A stretch of DNA of 64,000 nt, from positions 310,001-374,000 of the forward strand of contig NIVC01000591.1 in assembly GCA_002269645.1 (NCBI GenBank). The letters run 5' to 3'. The stretch is from Macrostomum lignano (taxonomy: Eukaryota). Numbering within the stretch: the first letter of the stretch is position 1; every line of letters starts with the position of its first letter. Position numbers and translations under genes: made by a program. The notes below the pieces were generated by a model. That model was not told the DNA's origin and did not search any database. It saw only the letters and a program-made list of their open reading frames with translations. Of this stretch, positions 1 to 34,664 are shown one piece after another.

Positions 1-453
1 CGCTGGCGCCTGCTGCACTGCTACGATGGCGTAGCCACGTCTAGACCGACTGATCATCGGGTCGTTGAAGAAGTGATACTGGTCCAGCGAGGCCGTGCCC
101 TGCTCAGACTGACGCAGGCCACCTCGTCGACCTCTTGGCGCCTCCTGCTGCGACTGCTGCACCTCGGAGCGGTCCGTCTGAATCGGACTAAAATTGTCAT
201 CGTACTCCAAGCTGGGATAGGCGACCTGCGGCGGGTTGAACTCCATCAGCACCGGCCCAGAGTACTCGGTGCTGTTAATCTGGCGCAGGTGCCGGTCGCG
301 AGCCTCTGCTCGACGCCGTCGTTCGAATTTTTCCCACTGGCGACACTTGTGCGGCAGGCCGCCGCTGCGCCAGCCGATGGGAAACGGCGACGGGTGGCGG
401 CCCAGCTGGCAGACGACGCAACGATGCGTCACGGGGTCGCGGATGTGCGGCAT
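1..453 (-). CDS. Partial ORF of unknown protein (MPHIRDPVTHRCVVCQLGRHPSPFPIGW...), runs off the window start
   Basis: Own translation: ATG at 453, open for 151 codons to position 1. GC-rich exon-like composition against AT-rich flank. A possible acceptor (CTGCAG) at 511-512 means it could instead be an internal exon. No family recognised. Confidence 0.5.
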   Translation of the reverse strand, partial: MPHIRDPVTHRCVVCQLGRHPSPFPIGWRSGGLPHKCRQWEKFERRRRAEARDRHLRQINSTEYSGPVLMEFNPPQVAYPSLEYDDNFSPIQTDRSEVQQSQQEAPRGRRGGLRQSEQGTASLDQYHFFNDPMISRSRRGYAIVAVQQAPA

Positions 454-1700
454 GTGGATCTCCGACGATTCTATAGTCAGCGAGCTGAGATTCTGCGTCA
501 GGCAACGAATCTGCAGCTTCTTAAATTTTTAAAGCAACGCTTGGCAAATAAAGTAAAACACTCACTACAACGCTACGCTGTGTTGAGCAAATATTTGAGC
601 AAAACTAATAGGTGAGCCTCGTGTACCTATTAAGTCAATATAGCTATATATCTAAGTAATTAATGCTCATTCTAGCTTAGACATGTATAGATGGCTCATT
701 CCAGTCCAAAGTTGACGAGAATTAATTGATTAAAGGAATATTATACGGTTAATACCTGCTTGCATTTATTTTAATGGATCAAGTTGCGTTATTTGTGCAT
801 GCAGTTTAGCAAGTCACATTATCGATTAAATTAAACGTTGAATTTCGATTTAAATCAGTTGCGCACATTTATAAATTTGTTCTCTTCCATGTACCACAAT
901 CAAGTAGTTTTATTATGTACATGTTTACTGCACATGAGCAACTCTTACAAATATGCTCATAATCTATAACACCTAGCTTACATGTAGATGTACACAAATG
1001 TATATCATGCAACTTTCAAAGCAATGCAAAACTACATGTAAAGTTCTGTTTTTGCTTTTCGACCTTAGACTATAGGCAATATTAGAAATTAGAACTATTT
1101 TTTAATGTACGTGTATAAAAAGACATACCCATGATTTATCCAAACATTTGAAAGTACATTTACGCATATGTATACTTTAGGTCATGTGAACAGCTCGTGT
1201 GAATTTTATGATGGTGTTCCTTCATTAGTTATTCTACGGCCATGGATTTGTCAGCCTACTCGCTACAGTTCTAATGATTAAAGTTCTTCCAGATAAATAA
1301 AACGTGCTCTGTGCGTTAAATATTACGTTTACAAATATTTGGTTCTAAACATGTAACATATCGTCTAATGTGTTGCATACAGCTCGTAGATCAGTTTTAC
1401 GGCGACACTTGTTACATGTGCATGCACATGCAATTGATGAGATGTAGATAGACGCTTGCAAATAAGTAGTTACTTCGCTGTTATTCAGAAATTTTATTGA
1501 GTAGAATGATCTGTATAAATTTTTAATGATTGGTACAACTCATAATTATTATTTTCTCGATAAAACCGGGATTGTAAGTTATAACAAATAATTGTAAGAA
1601 TAGTACCATCTAGAGCATAAATACAAAAATAAATTTCAATTGCGTCTATGTAAAAATTTTATTAAAAAAATATTCTAAAAAATTATTATCATAATTTGCT

Positions 1701-1714
1701 GTCATCATGGTAAC
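1701..1714 (+). promoter_or_regulatory. RFX X-box-like motif upstream of SPAG17
   Basis: GTCATCATGGTAAC matches the X-box consensus GTYNCYATRGNAAC at 13/14 positions, about 120 bp upstream of the ATG of a motile-cilium gene. Confidence 0.5.
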
Positions 1715-1830
1715 AACTACGAGTAGCTACTCTCAATTTTAACTTTCATTAGACACACATTTATTGAATTGCCCTGATTTTTTCATTCCGTTATCCAATA
1801 TACTAATTATTGGGCTAAATTCCATACGGA

Positions 1831-22512
<20,682 letters not shown>

Positions 22513-23389
22513 GCGGTTCTGAACCGAGAATCGAGAAAATTTGTCACTTTTTGTTAATTAATAATTACGAGTATGTTTGACTTTTTATATAGCCTGCATG
22601 TGTACTGCAGCTAGCTCTTCACGTTTTGATAGAAATTTGCGGAAGTTGTTCTTTGATCGTTTAAAGTTTTGCCACTAAATTTGCTGACAATATTGGCTAT
22701 AGAGCTCTTTCGGATTTGTTTTGTTTGAAGAACCTAACGATGGTGGAGAAACTTGATAATATTTTACTCAACAAAGGTGTTTTTGATCCCATGATTGTTT
22801 GTTATTCTCAAACTTTTAGAGCTGATTATTTTGTAATTATAGCGAACCCAATATTCCATACAGTAAAAAAGGACAAAAAATTGAGAAATACACAATAAAT
22901 TTTAAGTGTCGTTGGCTTGTGCTAGCGGTGGTAACTGAAGTAAAAAACCGTAATATTTCTTTTAAAAATACGCCACGGAACATGAAGAAGCAAGTCTTAA
23001 ACTTGTGCTGAATAACTAAATAATTTCTCAATAATTGAGACCAAAAGAGACAAAAATAAAGATGACAGGATAATTAATCCAATGGACACATACTCAGCAA
23101 TATTGAAAAGTGGCCACTCTGTGCTCCAGTGAGCAATTTCTCTGGGACTGTTCGGAATTAAAAGATACGAGAAAACTGATCGGGGTGGCTTTAACCCGTC
23201 CAACCCTCGCACATTGCTCCCCCATTTTGTCAATCAAAATGTCAATCAAAAATGATTTGGTTTCAGTCAAACTGACCAATTTTACCTAAATATAAAGTTT
23301 AGCAGAACCAGAGAGCAAAATCAAAATTGAGCAAAGTCTCTAGCTTAGCTAGGAAACTTTTGGAGGCAGCGGACTGTTTGCACCCTGGA

Positions 23390-23680
23390 GAACTTGAAGC
23401 GACATTGTCACTTAACCGGTGAGAGGCATTACTGCCCATTTCCGCCGACTCCCCTGAGCAGGCGCACACTCACACAGGAGTGTACAGCGGCCCTAACTTT
23501 ATTTCTCGTAACACATACATGTACACCTAAAGGTACGTACACTTTACTATGCCGTCACTTCGTTGCCCTCAAGCTGGGCGTTAAATGCCCGAGCACACCC
23601 AAGGCCGAGACTCCAACTTAGTCCCAAATTAATGTGCGACTGTACTTGAGGTCGAGAATGGGTTGCTGGCAAACAAGGGA
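23390..23680 (-). mobile_element. Dispersed short interspersed repeat (unclassified), copy 2
   Basis: Reverse-complement homologue of 3840-4090. Confidence 0.7.
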
Positions 23681-23840
23681 AGACCGTCGCGTTAAACCAC
23701 TAGACTACGACACCCCTTTTAACAAGACACTACTTTACAATGACAAAATTATTGTTCTGGAATAAAACTGTAGACAGCAGAACAGAAAGTAGGTTAGAGC
23801 AGTTTATTAGTATTCCTACAGAGTTCGCGACAGTCGTTTG

Positions 23841-26800
23841 TTACTTCCCAGAAGCCGTCATGGCCCGCTTGTCGCCCGTTCTGTTCGGAAAATCCGCCGG
23901 ATTCTTGGGAACGCAGCCGCGCTGCTCAAGATCGAAAATGAGATGAGACCAGTTCGGATCGCGTCTCAATAGACTCTTGTTTCCTGAAGTGAGACATTTT
24001 TCAAGTTCAAAAATCCAGTTACACAATGGCTAAGCAATTAGTCATTAGCGGACAATGCACTAGTCTACCTGCGTGCGAACATTATTCCGCAGTTGAATAT
24101 GCTCATAAAGATCCTAAATGCTACCACGTGTTCAATTTTTCACAACCTTCTTCAAAAGAGTCAAAAGACGCACCTACAATGACGAGGCCTCGCTGAGCTC
24201 TCGTCAGCGCTACGTTGGTCTGGTTCTCGTCAGTGATGAAGCCCAGGAACTTCTTCTCCCAGCCGGGCAGCGGGTTCGCCTCGATGTCATAGTCCGGCAT
24301 AGAGCGGACCAGACTCAGCAGCACGTACGCGAACTCGCTGCCCTGACAGGCGATCACCGTGTTCACCGTTGGCATCGCCAGGTTCTCCTCCTTCAAGCGC
24401 CGCGTGATCTCGGACACCTGGTACTTGTACTGGGACATCACCGCGATGCACCTGCGAGGATCCTTCTTGTCGTCTCCGCTGAGCCGATTGTGAATCTCCT
24501 TGTAGACTCGAACCTGAACACCGAACACAGAACTTGTACGGATCAGTCTAAATACTAAAAGAGCTATTGATGTAACCACGCTCTGGTCGTGGGATATAGC
24601 AAGGGAAATTTTTCAAAAGTACCTCCGATCTCCGTGAACCCCCTGAGCAGAGCCGTCGAGACTGGGCCAGCTCTTTGACCAGGCCTGCTGACTCCCGCTC
24701 TGCTGCGCCCCCTGCTGCCTCGCTCCGTCTCCCACCCCACCACACGAGCCTTTCCGGAGCCCCTATCTCTTTCTGCACCTCCCCCGCTACTCTATTTCCC
24801 ATGCGCTCTACCCTATCTATTATGTATTTTTTCCCACTTTCCCTCTTTTTTTTCTTTTTGGACTGTTTTACCTGCGCTTTCCCCTCTCTTCCCGTGCCTA
24901 CTCACAGTACTTTGTGCGCTCAGCGTCGCCCCACCCCTTAGTAAACTCCCAAACGGTGAAGCAAGCCTTGTGACCCCTCTTTCCCCTCGATGACTCATCG
25001 ATGACTCACCACCCCCTCTTGCACTACCTTTTCTCATGCTATTGTTCTCCTTCCCAAATTTCTCATGCGACACCCACCCCACCTCTGCTTCTATTGTTCT
25101 CGTTTTTTATTCTTTCGTTCTTTTCACACCCGATTTTCACATTTTCCCGGATTTTATATTTCTTTTGTTCTCGTTTTCGCACCTAATTAGCACCTTTTCT
25201 CCAATGTTTACTTTTCTATTGTTCTCGATTCTCCCCAATTATCTCCGATTTCCATTTCCTTTTTTCTCGACCCCAGCCCCATTGTTCTCAATGTTTGCTT
25301 GCACAACACTTTCTCGACCTCCCGCTGCGCCAATTAGCCCCCACCCCACCTCTGGATTGCGCCATTCTCATGTTGCTATGCCGTTCTCATGATTCTCATC
25401 ATGACTCATTCTGACGTCATTTCGCCGGCAGCCAATCAGAGAGAGGGAGTCATGGAAACGACCTTGGAGCGGCGGCTGGGAAGGCTATTTAAGGAAGCGG
25501 TTTTCGGCGTGAGAACCTTAACTTCGGCTCTCCTCTTGTCCTTCTTTGGACTTGCTATCAGACGTTGATCTGACCCATTCGTCTATAGGACAAATCTCTG
25601 CCGGTCCGTGGTCTGTTACCGAGAAGTTACCTCAGCTCCCCAAGTGAGCTCACCTGCCGGCCCGCGGTCTGTTACCGCCCAGCATCTTCAGCATCGCCTG
25701 AACTACATCAGCGCCTCGTCGCTTCGGCGTATTACCGCTTCACAGTCTGCCTGTCTGCAGCCAGCAGCCGCCCTCGGTCACTCCATCGCTCTCTCTCTCT
25801 CTGTGCAGCTGCCGGTAAGTTCCTGTTACTAATTTGTGCTCTAATTGCCTTTGCTTATCCGGGGTTTGCTTATTTCCCATTGCTTGATTAGAGAGCTGAG
25901 CCAATTGTGATACCGTATCTTTTGCTGTATTTTATTCAATAGTGAAGCCGCCTAATTGTCTGATTATTTTGCCTAAGGGCGTAATTATTAACTATTAACT
26001 AACTCCATCATTATTCACACTTTCACCATCATTTAATTCATGGCTTCCTAAGACTTTCTCTCTGGGTAGCAAAGCATAAGGAAGTTTGGGTAAGCTAATG
26101 CTCTCCCCGTGCAAAGCCCGCCTGTGAGTGCGTGCTGTGGGTCCGTGTGCGGGCAGTAGAGGGAATTAGTGAGTCTTGGCACAGAATGGCAGTAGGAAGG
26201 TTGCAACTGCAACCTTCGCCCTGAGCGAAGCTGATGCGTCTTTTCGCCCTGAGCAATCTAAACTATAGCTAGTACATGTTCATCTCACACTACTCTTAGT
26301 AATTGAAATCGCAAGTCCGCCTCGCTCACAGCCACAAAGGATCCCCTGCTGAGAAATCCTCTAGATTGAGCCCAGAGTTCCCGATCATGCCCCAAGCAGA
26401 GTCCCTTTACTCGGCTGCATGTGTCTCCCCTGTTAGCCTAAATCCCCTGGTAACCAATCCAGGCGGGGCTCTAGCCTCGAGAGGTTTGGTAGTAAGATCC
26501 ACGTGCGCCAGGTCACATAGAGTGGCGGCAGCCACTCGGTCATGCTATGGCCGAGTGACCAACTATTGCACCTTGGCTACAGGTTGGGTCCATGTGGGTC
26601 CTTGGCCCTCTGGTCACGAAAGCGCTACCAAAGCTATTAATCATGTGGGCGGGACAGTCTGGTGCTGGAGATCCGTCAGGTCATTGCCCGGTCATAGTCA
26701 TTGCCCCTATGGTCATGCGTTCGCTTCTCAACGAAGCGGACGGGCGACAAGGGTGGTTACATCACTATCTAGAGTTCTTCACCATCGCATCAACGAAACT

Positions 26801-29800
26801 CACCACAGTCTTGATCTCCAGCTCGTTCTTGTATGAATCTTCGCGACCGTCCTCGGTGGCCACGAGTGTTCTCTCCTCCTGACCCTGGATATGCAGGAAG
26901 ACGATTCTCTCCTCCTCTCCCATGGGGTGAAAATCCTTAGCTGGAACATCAGGCAATGTGTCAAAAGGCTGATTGCGTCTTACACCAGGCCAACATCCGT
27001 GAAGGACGTTCGCGTTGCGCTGAGTCAAGAGACCGTGCCTTCTGACTCCGTTGGCACCGCGACTGTCGAACAAGTCATGCTTAGCCAGTCGATGCCAGTT
27101 CAGCCCAGTCCAACTAGCGTTGCCTTGAGTTCGGGTCTCGGCATCCAAGACACCCGTCCAGGACTTGGACGGCTGGGTGCGCAGACCTCCGGAGTCTTTC
27201 ACTGTGTAGAAACGCTTCGACGGAAAGTCCGCTAAGCTCGGATGCTAAAAATACATGCATTGGACATGAAGGCAATAAAGGTATTAACTACACTACTTCA
27301 CGCAGAGTTTATGTAATGTGACTGCTTTTTACATGCGACTCACCATTCTGTACTGCTGATTGAGCATGACCGAGTCGAGGCAGTGCATCTCAAGAAACGT
27401 CCTGCTCAGACCCAACTCTGCCGCCGTCTTGTTCTGAATGATTGGAGCGAGCTGCTTGTGGTCGCCGATCAGCACGACTCTCTCCGCATACTGGGATGCG
27501 GGTGTTCCTATGAGATTTGCTTTTTGTACTCCCAGACAGGAAGGCACTTCTTTTTCGACGTTTAGTCGACCAACTATCGGAACGAGCAGCTCAGGCTGAG
27601 TGCACATTCCAGCTTCGTCGATGATGATCTGAACGAATCGACAAGCGCGCTGCAGCACAGAACTGCAGCTGACGGAAGTCGTGCAAAGTACGACGTCGAA
27701 GTTTTGCAGCACCCGCTCTTTCGATTTTTGCACTTTGTCTTTGTAAAGCTTCACGCATCCCTGGACGAGTGCGTCTTCTCCCACCTCCTCCTCGGCGAGC
27801 TCCAACGCGCCTCGACGTCTCGATCGCAGTCGATTGTTTCGAATGAACCTATCGAACCGAGGGTTTCTTCCGGCTGCGGTTTTGATTGCTGCTTCCATGG
27901 TAACCGGAGCCTCAGTCTTGCTTCCAATAAACAGTTTGAACGCGTCATCAAACCCGCCAATGATGTAGGCGTCGTCGCTGTTCTCTCTGCGAATGAGCTC
28001 GTGCAGTGCGAAGCGCCTCATTGCAGGCGACACTTCATCGGCCGTCGAAATCTCTCCGGGCACGGGGTAGTGCATTCGCTCTACCTGCTCGCTGTAAACT
28101 CGAACCATTGAAGGACACTTGTCAGCCAGCAAGTCCCGTGACGCCTCGATGATGACGTCGACCGAGCGATTCGACGGTCCGCAGCACAGCATCTGGCGTC
28201 GACTCTGACGCTTTCGATTCTCGGGTCTCTTGCCTATGTACCTGTCAGAAGATGAAGTTCTGACTGGCATTCGACCGGGAATTTTATGTCCTCTACGATG
28301 TGAGTATTGAACCACCTGAAAGCCGTCGTCCTGACTTTCCTTAGAAGTCTCAGCAGAGTTATCTTCGGTTTCGCTTTCGTTGTCGTCCTCATCCTCGTCT
28401 TCACTGCTGTCCTCGAGATTCATGAAGCCATCGCTTCTGTGATGGTTGATGAATACGAACCAGTAGATCAGCATTACTCCTGTTGTTGTCTTGCCTGTTC
28501 CTGTGTCAGCGTTTTAGATTTTTTGATAAATTGACAAATGATAAATTGAGGAGCTGTAAGAACTTTTTAGGCATTTAGTGTGTTTTCTAACCTGGTGGTC
28601 CCCAGATGAGGGAGACCTGTCTTTGCACTGCTGCATTTAGAGCTTCTGCTTGTTGCTTGTTGCAGGGAACGAGTCTGTCCGAAACTCTAATTTGGAATGG
28701 CTGCGTTTTGCTTTTAGCTAGAGCATTGCGGTACAACATTTCGTCAACTGAAATATAGTTATGATTTTTATGCAAATTTTAAAAATGATGAAAACGTAAT
28801 TTAATTAGCAAGTAGCAAAGTAATTTGTCTTACCACCCCTGATATTCTCGTTCTGATCCCATCGTACAAGTCTTCCTGCGATTCGATGCTCGCTCTGGCC
28901 CCGCAACGTCTGCAACACTAATTCATGCCTTCTGATGGGCAGAAACTTCATTATCAACTCCACGGTAGCATGGCGGAGGGTCTCTTGGGAAGCACTGCCG
29001 ACGGGACTGACTTCGTTCAAATGGAAGACAACAAAGTTGCAAAAGTGCGCAGACTTGTCATTGCACCGGTCTGACCGACAATGGATGCCGTCAAACACGA
29101 GCAGGATGCCACCGTGGCCAACCCACGTGTACTCGTCTTGCACAGCACGAAGGCAAATGTATTCGGCATAGCGTTTAACGCTTTTCGCGGCCTTGAAAAC
29201 AGCATTGGTAACGTCCGGTACGCCTCTCTTTTTACCTTTCTTAGTCTCAGTGCTTTGGTTCAACTTTTTTTGCCAGGATTTATTACTCTCAATCAGTACA
29301 GAGTCTGTAAAGCAGATGTTTCTGCGCTGGCACAGAGACTCGGTTAGATTGAACATTCCCAACCAGCGGTTGTTTTCGTCGTCCCATTTCCACGTAAGCG
29401 GCACGTCACAGAGTACAAAAGTTTCATTATTGCTGATGGATACTGAAGCAGACTCCATCGCTACAATGCCCTGCCAAATGTCGGCATACTCAACCACGTC
29501 ATCGTATGAACGCTTGCTGCGGCGTTGAGCCACCTGCTCGAAATTGTCAGCTGGTCGGCGTCGATGCGCGAGGCAAACTGAAAATGTGTCGCAGATTTCC
29601 AACACCTGAACGGTGGGAATGAGCATTCCGTGATTCCTGACTGCTCCAATTTGCGCTCGCACTTCGTCGCCAAGCAAAAAGTCTCGATAAAAATTCACGA
29701 TGCTCCCGGCCGTGTCAGACAAAGCATAAATCTTAGCAACGCCGCGCCTTTCAGTCAAGTCTGCTTCGATCAAATCCAAACTCGAAACGCCGCACTGTTC

Positions 29801-32548
29801 AAAGTCTCCATTTTTGCTTAAAAGCTCTTTCTTCATAGACAGCAGCTCACGTGACCGGAAAAATGTGTTATTGCTGCTGTTCGCCACTTTGATGTCACTT
29901 CGGTGACTTTTTCGAGACTTTTCCGTATCACTGCTCGTAACGACTTCAGCGGCAGTGTGCCGAAGAATTCTGGCTGTCCAGTTGCAGCGAACTATTTTTT
30001 CCTCCTCAATCACGCTGGGCACTGCGCTGAGACTCAGCGACCGAAACTGGACAGTTCGAGCCACTTTTGGTGACTGATCGAGCATCTTATGCTGCACTGA
30101 AAGACCATCCTTATCAACTGAAGAAATCTGTACAACATCTCTAACGGGCTTTTTTGCTAAATCCTCACCAAAATCTGCACACTCACAGCTGGATTCAAAC
30201 CGCCTAGTCTTCTTCTGAACGGCAGACAAATGTTCACAGACTTTACTGATGTCAGATGTTGGCCCAAGATACTTTTCTCCTTGGTTAAGAACGAATCTTA
30301 CCGCTCTATGGACCATCAGGTCCGCATAGCGACGCATTGGACTCGTGAAGTGAACGTAGTCTTCCTTTTCCAAACTGAAATGAAGCCTGTTCTCTGAAGG
30401 GCTCTCACTGTACTGCGCCAGCTCACACAGTCCGTGCCAGTCCCGAATCGCCAGTTTCAAATGCGGAAACCGTCTCTCGTCGTACAAAAGCGACAATGCA
30501 CCTTTGTTATCGCCTCGTTGACAGAACGCTCTAAGATTTTTTGCGTCCTCGTTGTGCATCTGGAACGGAATGTTCGAGCTCAGGACCTCCTTACCGACGA
30601 GTTTCAATGCGCGACTCAGCTCAGCAGAATGTGTCGCCTTCGGTCCGTGACGCACAATCCAACGGGTCACGTCGATCTCTCGAGGTCGCTGTTGCACTCG
30701 AATTGGGTAAGCTAGAACCGAATCCCCATGCCTGTGCAGGAAGTCTCCGACCGCTGAGTTCGCAGCTAGCATCAGCTCCTCTACAAGTGCGCTCGTCTCG
30801 GGGTACGAATCGTTTTCATGACGAACAAATGCAGCCTGACCGAGTCTTGCCAGTCTCCAATCACGAGTGACCGGCCATAGCCGGAGCAGCATCTGCTCGA
30901 TTCGAGGCTCCAAGGCGCCTGTCTCGCTGTCAAGCACTCGCTGAACATCCTCTTTGTTTAGACGCTTGTCAGATCGGATCACAGTCAGACAGATTCGAGA
31001 ACTCTCTACAAGTCCATTGGCGTTCAAGTTAAACACGACTGACACGCATCGTCTGTCCTGTCCTTCGACAAGACTGATCAGAGACTCGGCAAGTTGTCGT
31101 GGCAGCATGTGGTTTGCAGTTGCTCCTTTTTGCTTGGCACCTTCGCTTGGATAATATGTTACGCCTCGACGTCTGGCCTCTCGATCGATTGGTGTGTCCT
31201 CACCCACAAACTCAGCCAAATCCGTGATGTGCACGCCTACAGTAAGCTTCCCATTTTTGTGCTTCTTAAGACTAATCGCATCATCCATGTCTTTCGTGTC
31301 CGGACCGTCAATAGTCACGGTAATGTGACTTCTGAAGTCATTTCTGCGTTCAGGGACGAAGTCGTTTCCGGCAACTTCGCGTATTCTTTCAACGTCTCGA
31401 AATTTATCATCTTCGCTGTATGGGAGTGGAATCCCATGAATTAGTTGCAGCAGTTCAACGTCTTGACTAAATGAATGTGCCTTGGAAATCACGCAAATCA
31501 CATTACCTTTCGGATAGTAATTCTGTACAGGCCACTCAGTGATGCAGACCACAAAGAGATGCTCACAGTCGTGTTTGATAACTTTGAAAACAGAATCTTC
31601 AACGAATATAAATCGATTTTCAGCCTCATCGAGCACAGGTCGGTAAATGGAGACTAAATTTTTGTTGGCATAATCGTAGGAAATTTCTTTTAATCGTTCT
31701 CTTTCAGTAATCAAACCGAATTTTTTGCGAAGCTGTCTCTGTTCATGCGGCTTTCTTCTCTGTCTCCTTTCGTGTTCTCTTCTAGCAAACGAGTTGTCGT
31801 ACGAGATCTTCGGCACGGTGCCGCACAGAGGTCGCATGCAGGTGCCGAGAGCGTCGAGCATTTCGCAAACCAATAGTTTGTAGCGCAGCTTAACGCGCTG
31901 CTTGTAGACCCCGACAACCCTACCGGATGGCTCCAAGCTGGTTTGACTGCTCTGACCGCCAGGACTATTGTTGGCCTGTAATTCCTCGGCATTCATCAAC
32001 TCAACGATTACCTGATCGTCTTCGCAGGCCCTGCCGCAGTTGCTGCGACCTTTGAGCTGGATCTTAGAAACTTGATCGTCTGGCGAGACCGGACAGGCCC
32101 AACCGAGCTGAGGACCGTCCAAGTGAAGATGGCAGATTTTATATTTGGCTGGCTGTTCAGCCATTCGCTCAAGCAGCTGCGCTCGTGTCTGCATTGCCTC
32201 GTATGGCGGCTTGTCCGTGAGCTTGCCGAAGAATCTCCCGACTGGGAAGGGTCCGCTACTGAAATCGATGACTTTCACAACAAACTGCGAGCCTTGGGTG
32301 AGCGAAATCTCCTCGTCAAGCTGGATTTTCTCTGGGAAAGCCCGATCCACTGGCACCGCGAAGCTACAGCGACTGGCATCACTGCCCAGGACGCAGCGGT
32401 AGAACACATCGGGCTGGTTCCTGAGCAGGTCCTCCAATTTATTTCTCGGTCTCAAAATGCTGGCTTCAAATTCGTCTTCTTGTTGACGGTCTTCAAATAG
32501 CCGGATTATAGAAAGCAATTCCTCTCGGTTGGCAACTCGTTGGGACAT
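23841..32548 (-). CDS. HELZ2-like RNB exoribonuclease-SF1B helicase, copy A (1983 aa). Exons (minus) 32548-28834, 28747-28592, 28500-27344, 27244-26804, 24513-24174, 23983-23841
   Basis: RNB motifs TIDGPDTKDMDD, VEELMLAAN and HFTSPMRRYAD. UPF1-like helicase motifs IWGPPGTGKTT, GPSNRSVD, IIDEAG, LIGDHKQL, QYRMHP, CQGSE and NVALTRAQ. GT-AG introns of phases 1,1,0,0,1. No in-frame stops in the spliced model. Confidence 0.9.
24568..26764 (+). mobile_element. Solo LTR (Gypsy-like, 2197 bp) in intron 4 of copy A
   Basis: TG...CA ends with a 12-bp terminal inverted repeat (TGATGTAACCAC / GTGGTTACATCA) and a 4-bp TSD CTAT (24564-24567, 26765-26768). Internal CCAAT (~25430) and TATTTAA (25486-25492) on the plus strand. 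The orthologous 92-bp intron of copy B shows the empty site. No coding capacity recognised. Confidence 0.85.
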
Positions 32549-33243
32549 TGCTGTTAAGGGGCCAAGAATTTTTTATTAAACACGTTTGCTACAATACCTG
32601 TAGTCTAGCAAACTGTTTCGAAAAAATTTAGATAAGCCTTGTAGTTATCGAAAAAGAAAATTTTTCTGCCTCTGCTCCCAATATTATAGCCGTCTTATGC
32701 TTGCAGTTTGCCTGAAATTTCCTGGAATTTCCACGGTCAGACTTCGGCTGTATACAAGGTATTATGGGTATAATATTTATTATTAGTGTACGCCTCAGAG
32801 CTTACAGACATGCAGACTGTACGCTTAAAATGCAAGTACGCTAGAAAACAAAATTACCCTCCCTTATAGCAGATGGCTTCGTTTTACTGGACAGCGCTGA
32901 AGAAGGAGTAGAGGGGGAGGTGAATTGCTCTTCTCTTCTCTCTCTAGCCCTTGTTACTCCCTGTCTGGCAACCAAACGTCAACCCTATATTTAGCTTCGT
33001 AGATTAACCGTACCATTGCACTTTCCACAACTGTGGTTCCATGAAAAATGCGAAACAAGCGACTGCAACCACGGTCCCGCTAAATCACAATACAAGCCTT
33101 TATCGAGATGGCTGGCATGGGCTGAGCAACTTATCGATGATACTGATAATAATAATATTAATATTATATTATTTGATTACACCTGCTCCAATCAAGGACA
33201 ACTAAAGCAACGTATATACAGGAGGCAACACTCACGCTTCATA

Positions 33244-33857
33244 GAAAAAGTTTTGAAGGCCACTTTTCGCCGAGAAATACACTACGGAGAGAGGAAGCTT
33301 ACAGTTTTTCAGAACAAAAAGTGTTATTGCTTTCGATAGGAGGCAGACCCAATGTTCATCTTTTGCTATGCTGTGCCTTTCTTACAGCTCTATTAATATT
33401 CATAAAGCTTTTCATTTAGAAAATTAGAATTCTATGGTAATTTTGATTCTACAAACGCTTGCATATGTCCTGTGTCTAAAAACCATTAAAATGGCACGGC
33501 TCGGCTCATTGATTTTATGAATCTATTTTGTCATTCTTAGCTGACTATGTAACAACATGTGTAGCAGAAATGATAAAACAGATTCCTAAAGCCAAAGATT
33601 CGAGCCGTGCCTTGCATTTTTATGATGTCTAGGTACAGGAAATGTACGTTGAATCAGAAATTAACGCAGAATCCTGATTTTCTGAACGAAAAGCTTTATG
33701 AATATTAATAGAGCCATAAGAAACGCACAACATATCAAAATATGAACATTGGGTCTGCCTCCTATCGAAAGCAACAACGATTTTTGTGCTGAAAAATGAA
33801 GACTTCCTATCTCCGTAGTGTATGCTTCGGCGAAAAGTAGCCTTCAAAACATTTTCC
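33244..33857. mobile_element. Foldback/MITE-like element with ~230-bp imperfect inverted arms (33244-33478 and 33629-33857)
   Basis: The arms are reverse complements (e.g. TTGCTTTCGATAGGAGGCAGACCCAATGTTCAT vs ATGAACATTGGGTCTGCCTCCTATCGAAAGCAA). A further partial copy lies at ~53035-53200. Confidence 0.75.
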
Positions 33858-33911
33858 AAAGATTTCAAGCGTTGCGTCCTTCTACTTTAGTAGTCCTTGG
33901 CCCCAATTGGG

Positions 33912-34157
33912 ACAGATGTGCAACTGACAGTTTGACCGCAGCTTTTTGCGCGGCACATCTGAAGGCTGCGTACGGCTGTTCACTCCAAGAACTGGAGGTT
34001 CGCCGCGCACACAATCAATTACCCCAGCTAATGCTGGCACCTATTTTACAGCTGGGTGAACTGAAGTAATACAGAGTTAAGTGCCTTGCTCAAAGGCACA
34101 AATTGTTCCAGTGGTGAGTCGTTAGTCCGACGCTCTGACCACTAGGCTACAACCCGA
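33912..34157 (-). mobile_element. Same SINE family, copy 3 (B-box region deleted)
   Basis: Homologous to 14681-14950 with an internal deletion. Confidence 0.75.
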
Positions 34158-34162
34158 TATAT

Positions 34163-34664
<502 letters not shown>

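Noticed and set aside
73-615. 180-aa plus-strand ORF
   Set aside because: It is the antisense shadow of the minus-strand open frame. There is no recognisable product, and no phase-compatible downstream exon was found for the donor at 612.
22716-23279. Short hydrophobic ORFs (e.g. 22997-23233) suggesting a membrane-protein pseudogene
   Set aside because: AT-rich, several stops in each frame, and no recognisable motif.
24548-26836. ORFs inside the solo LTR
   Set aside because: Low-complexity or short, with no gag, pol or env motifs.
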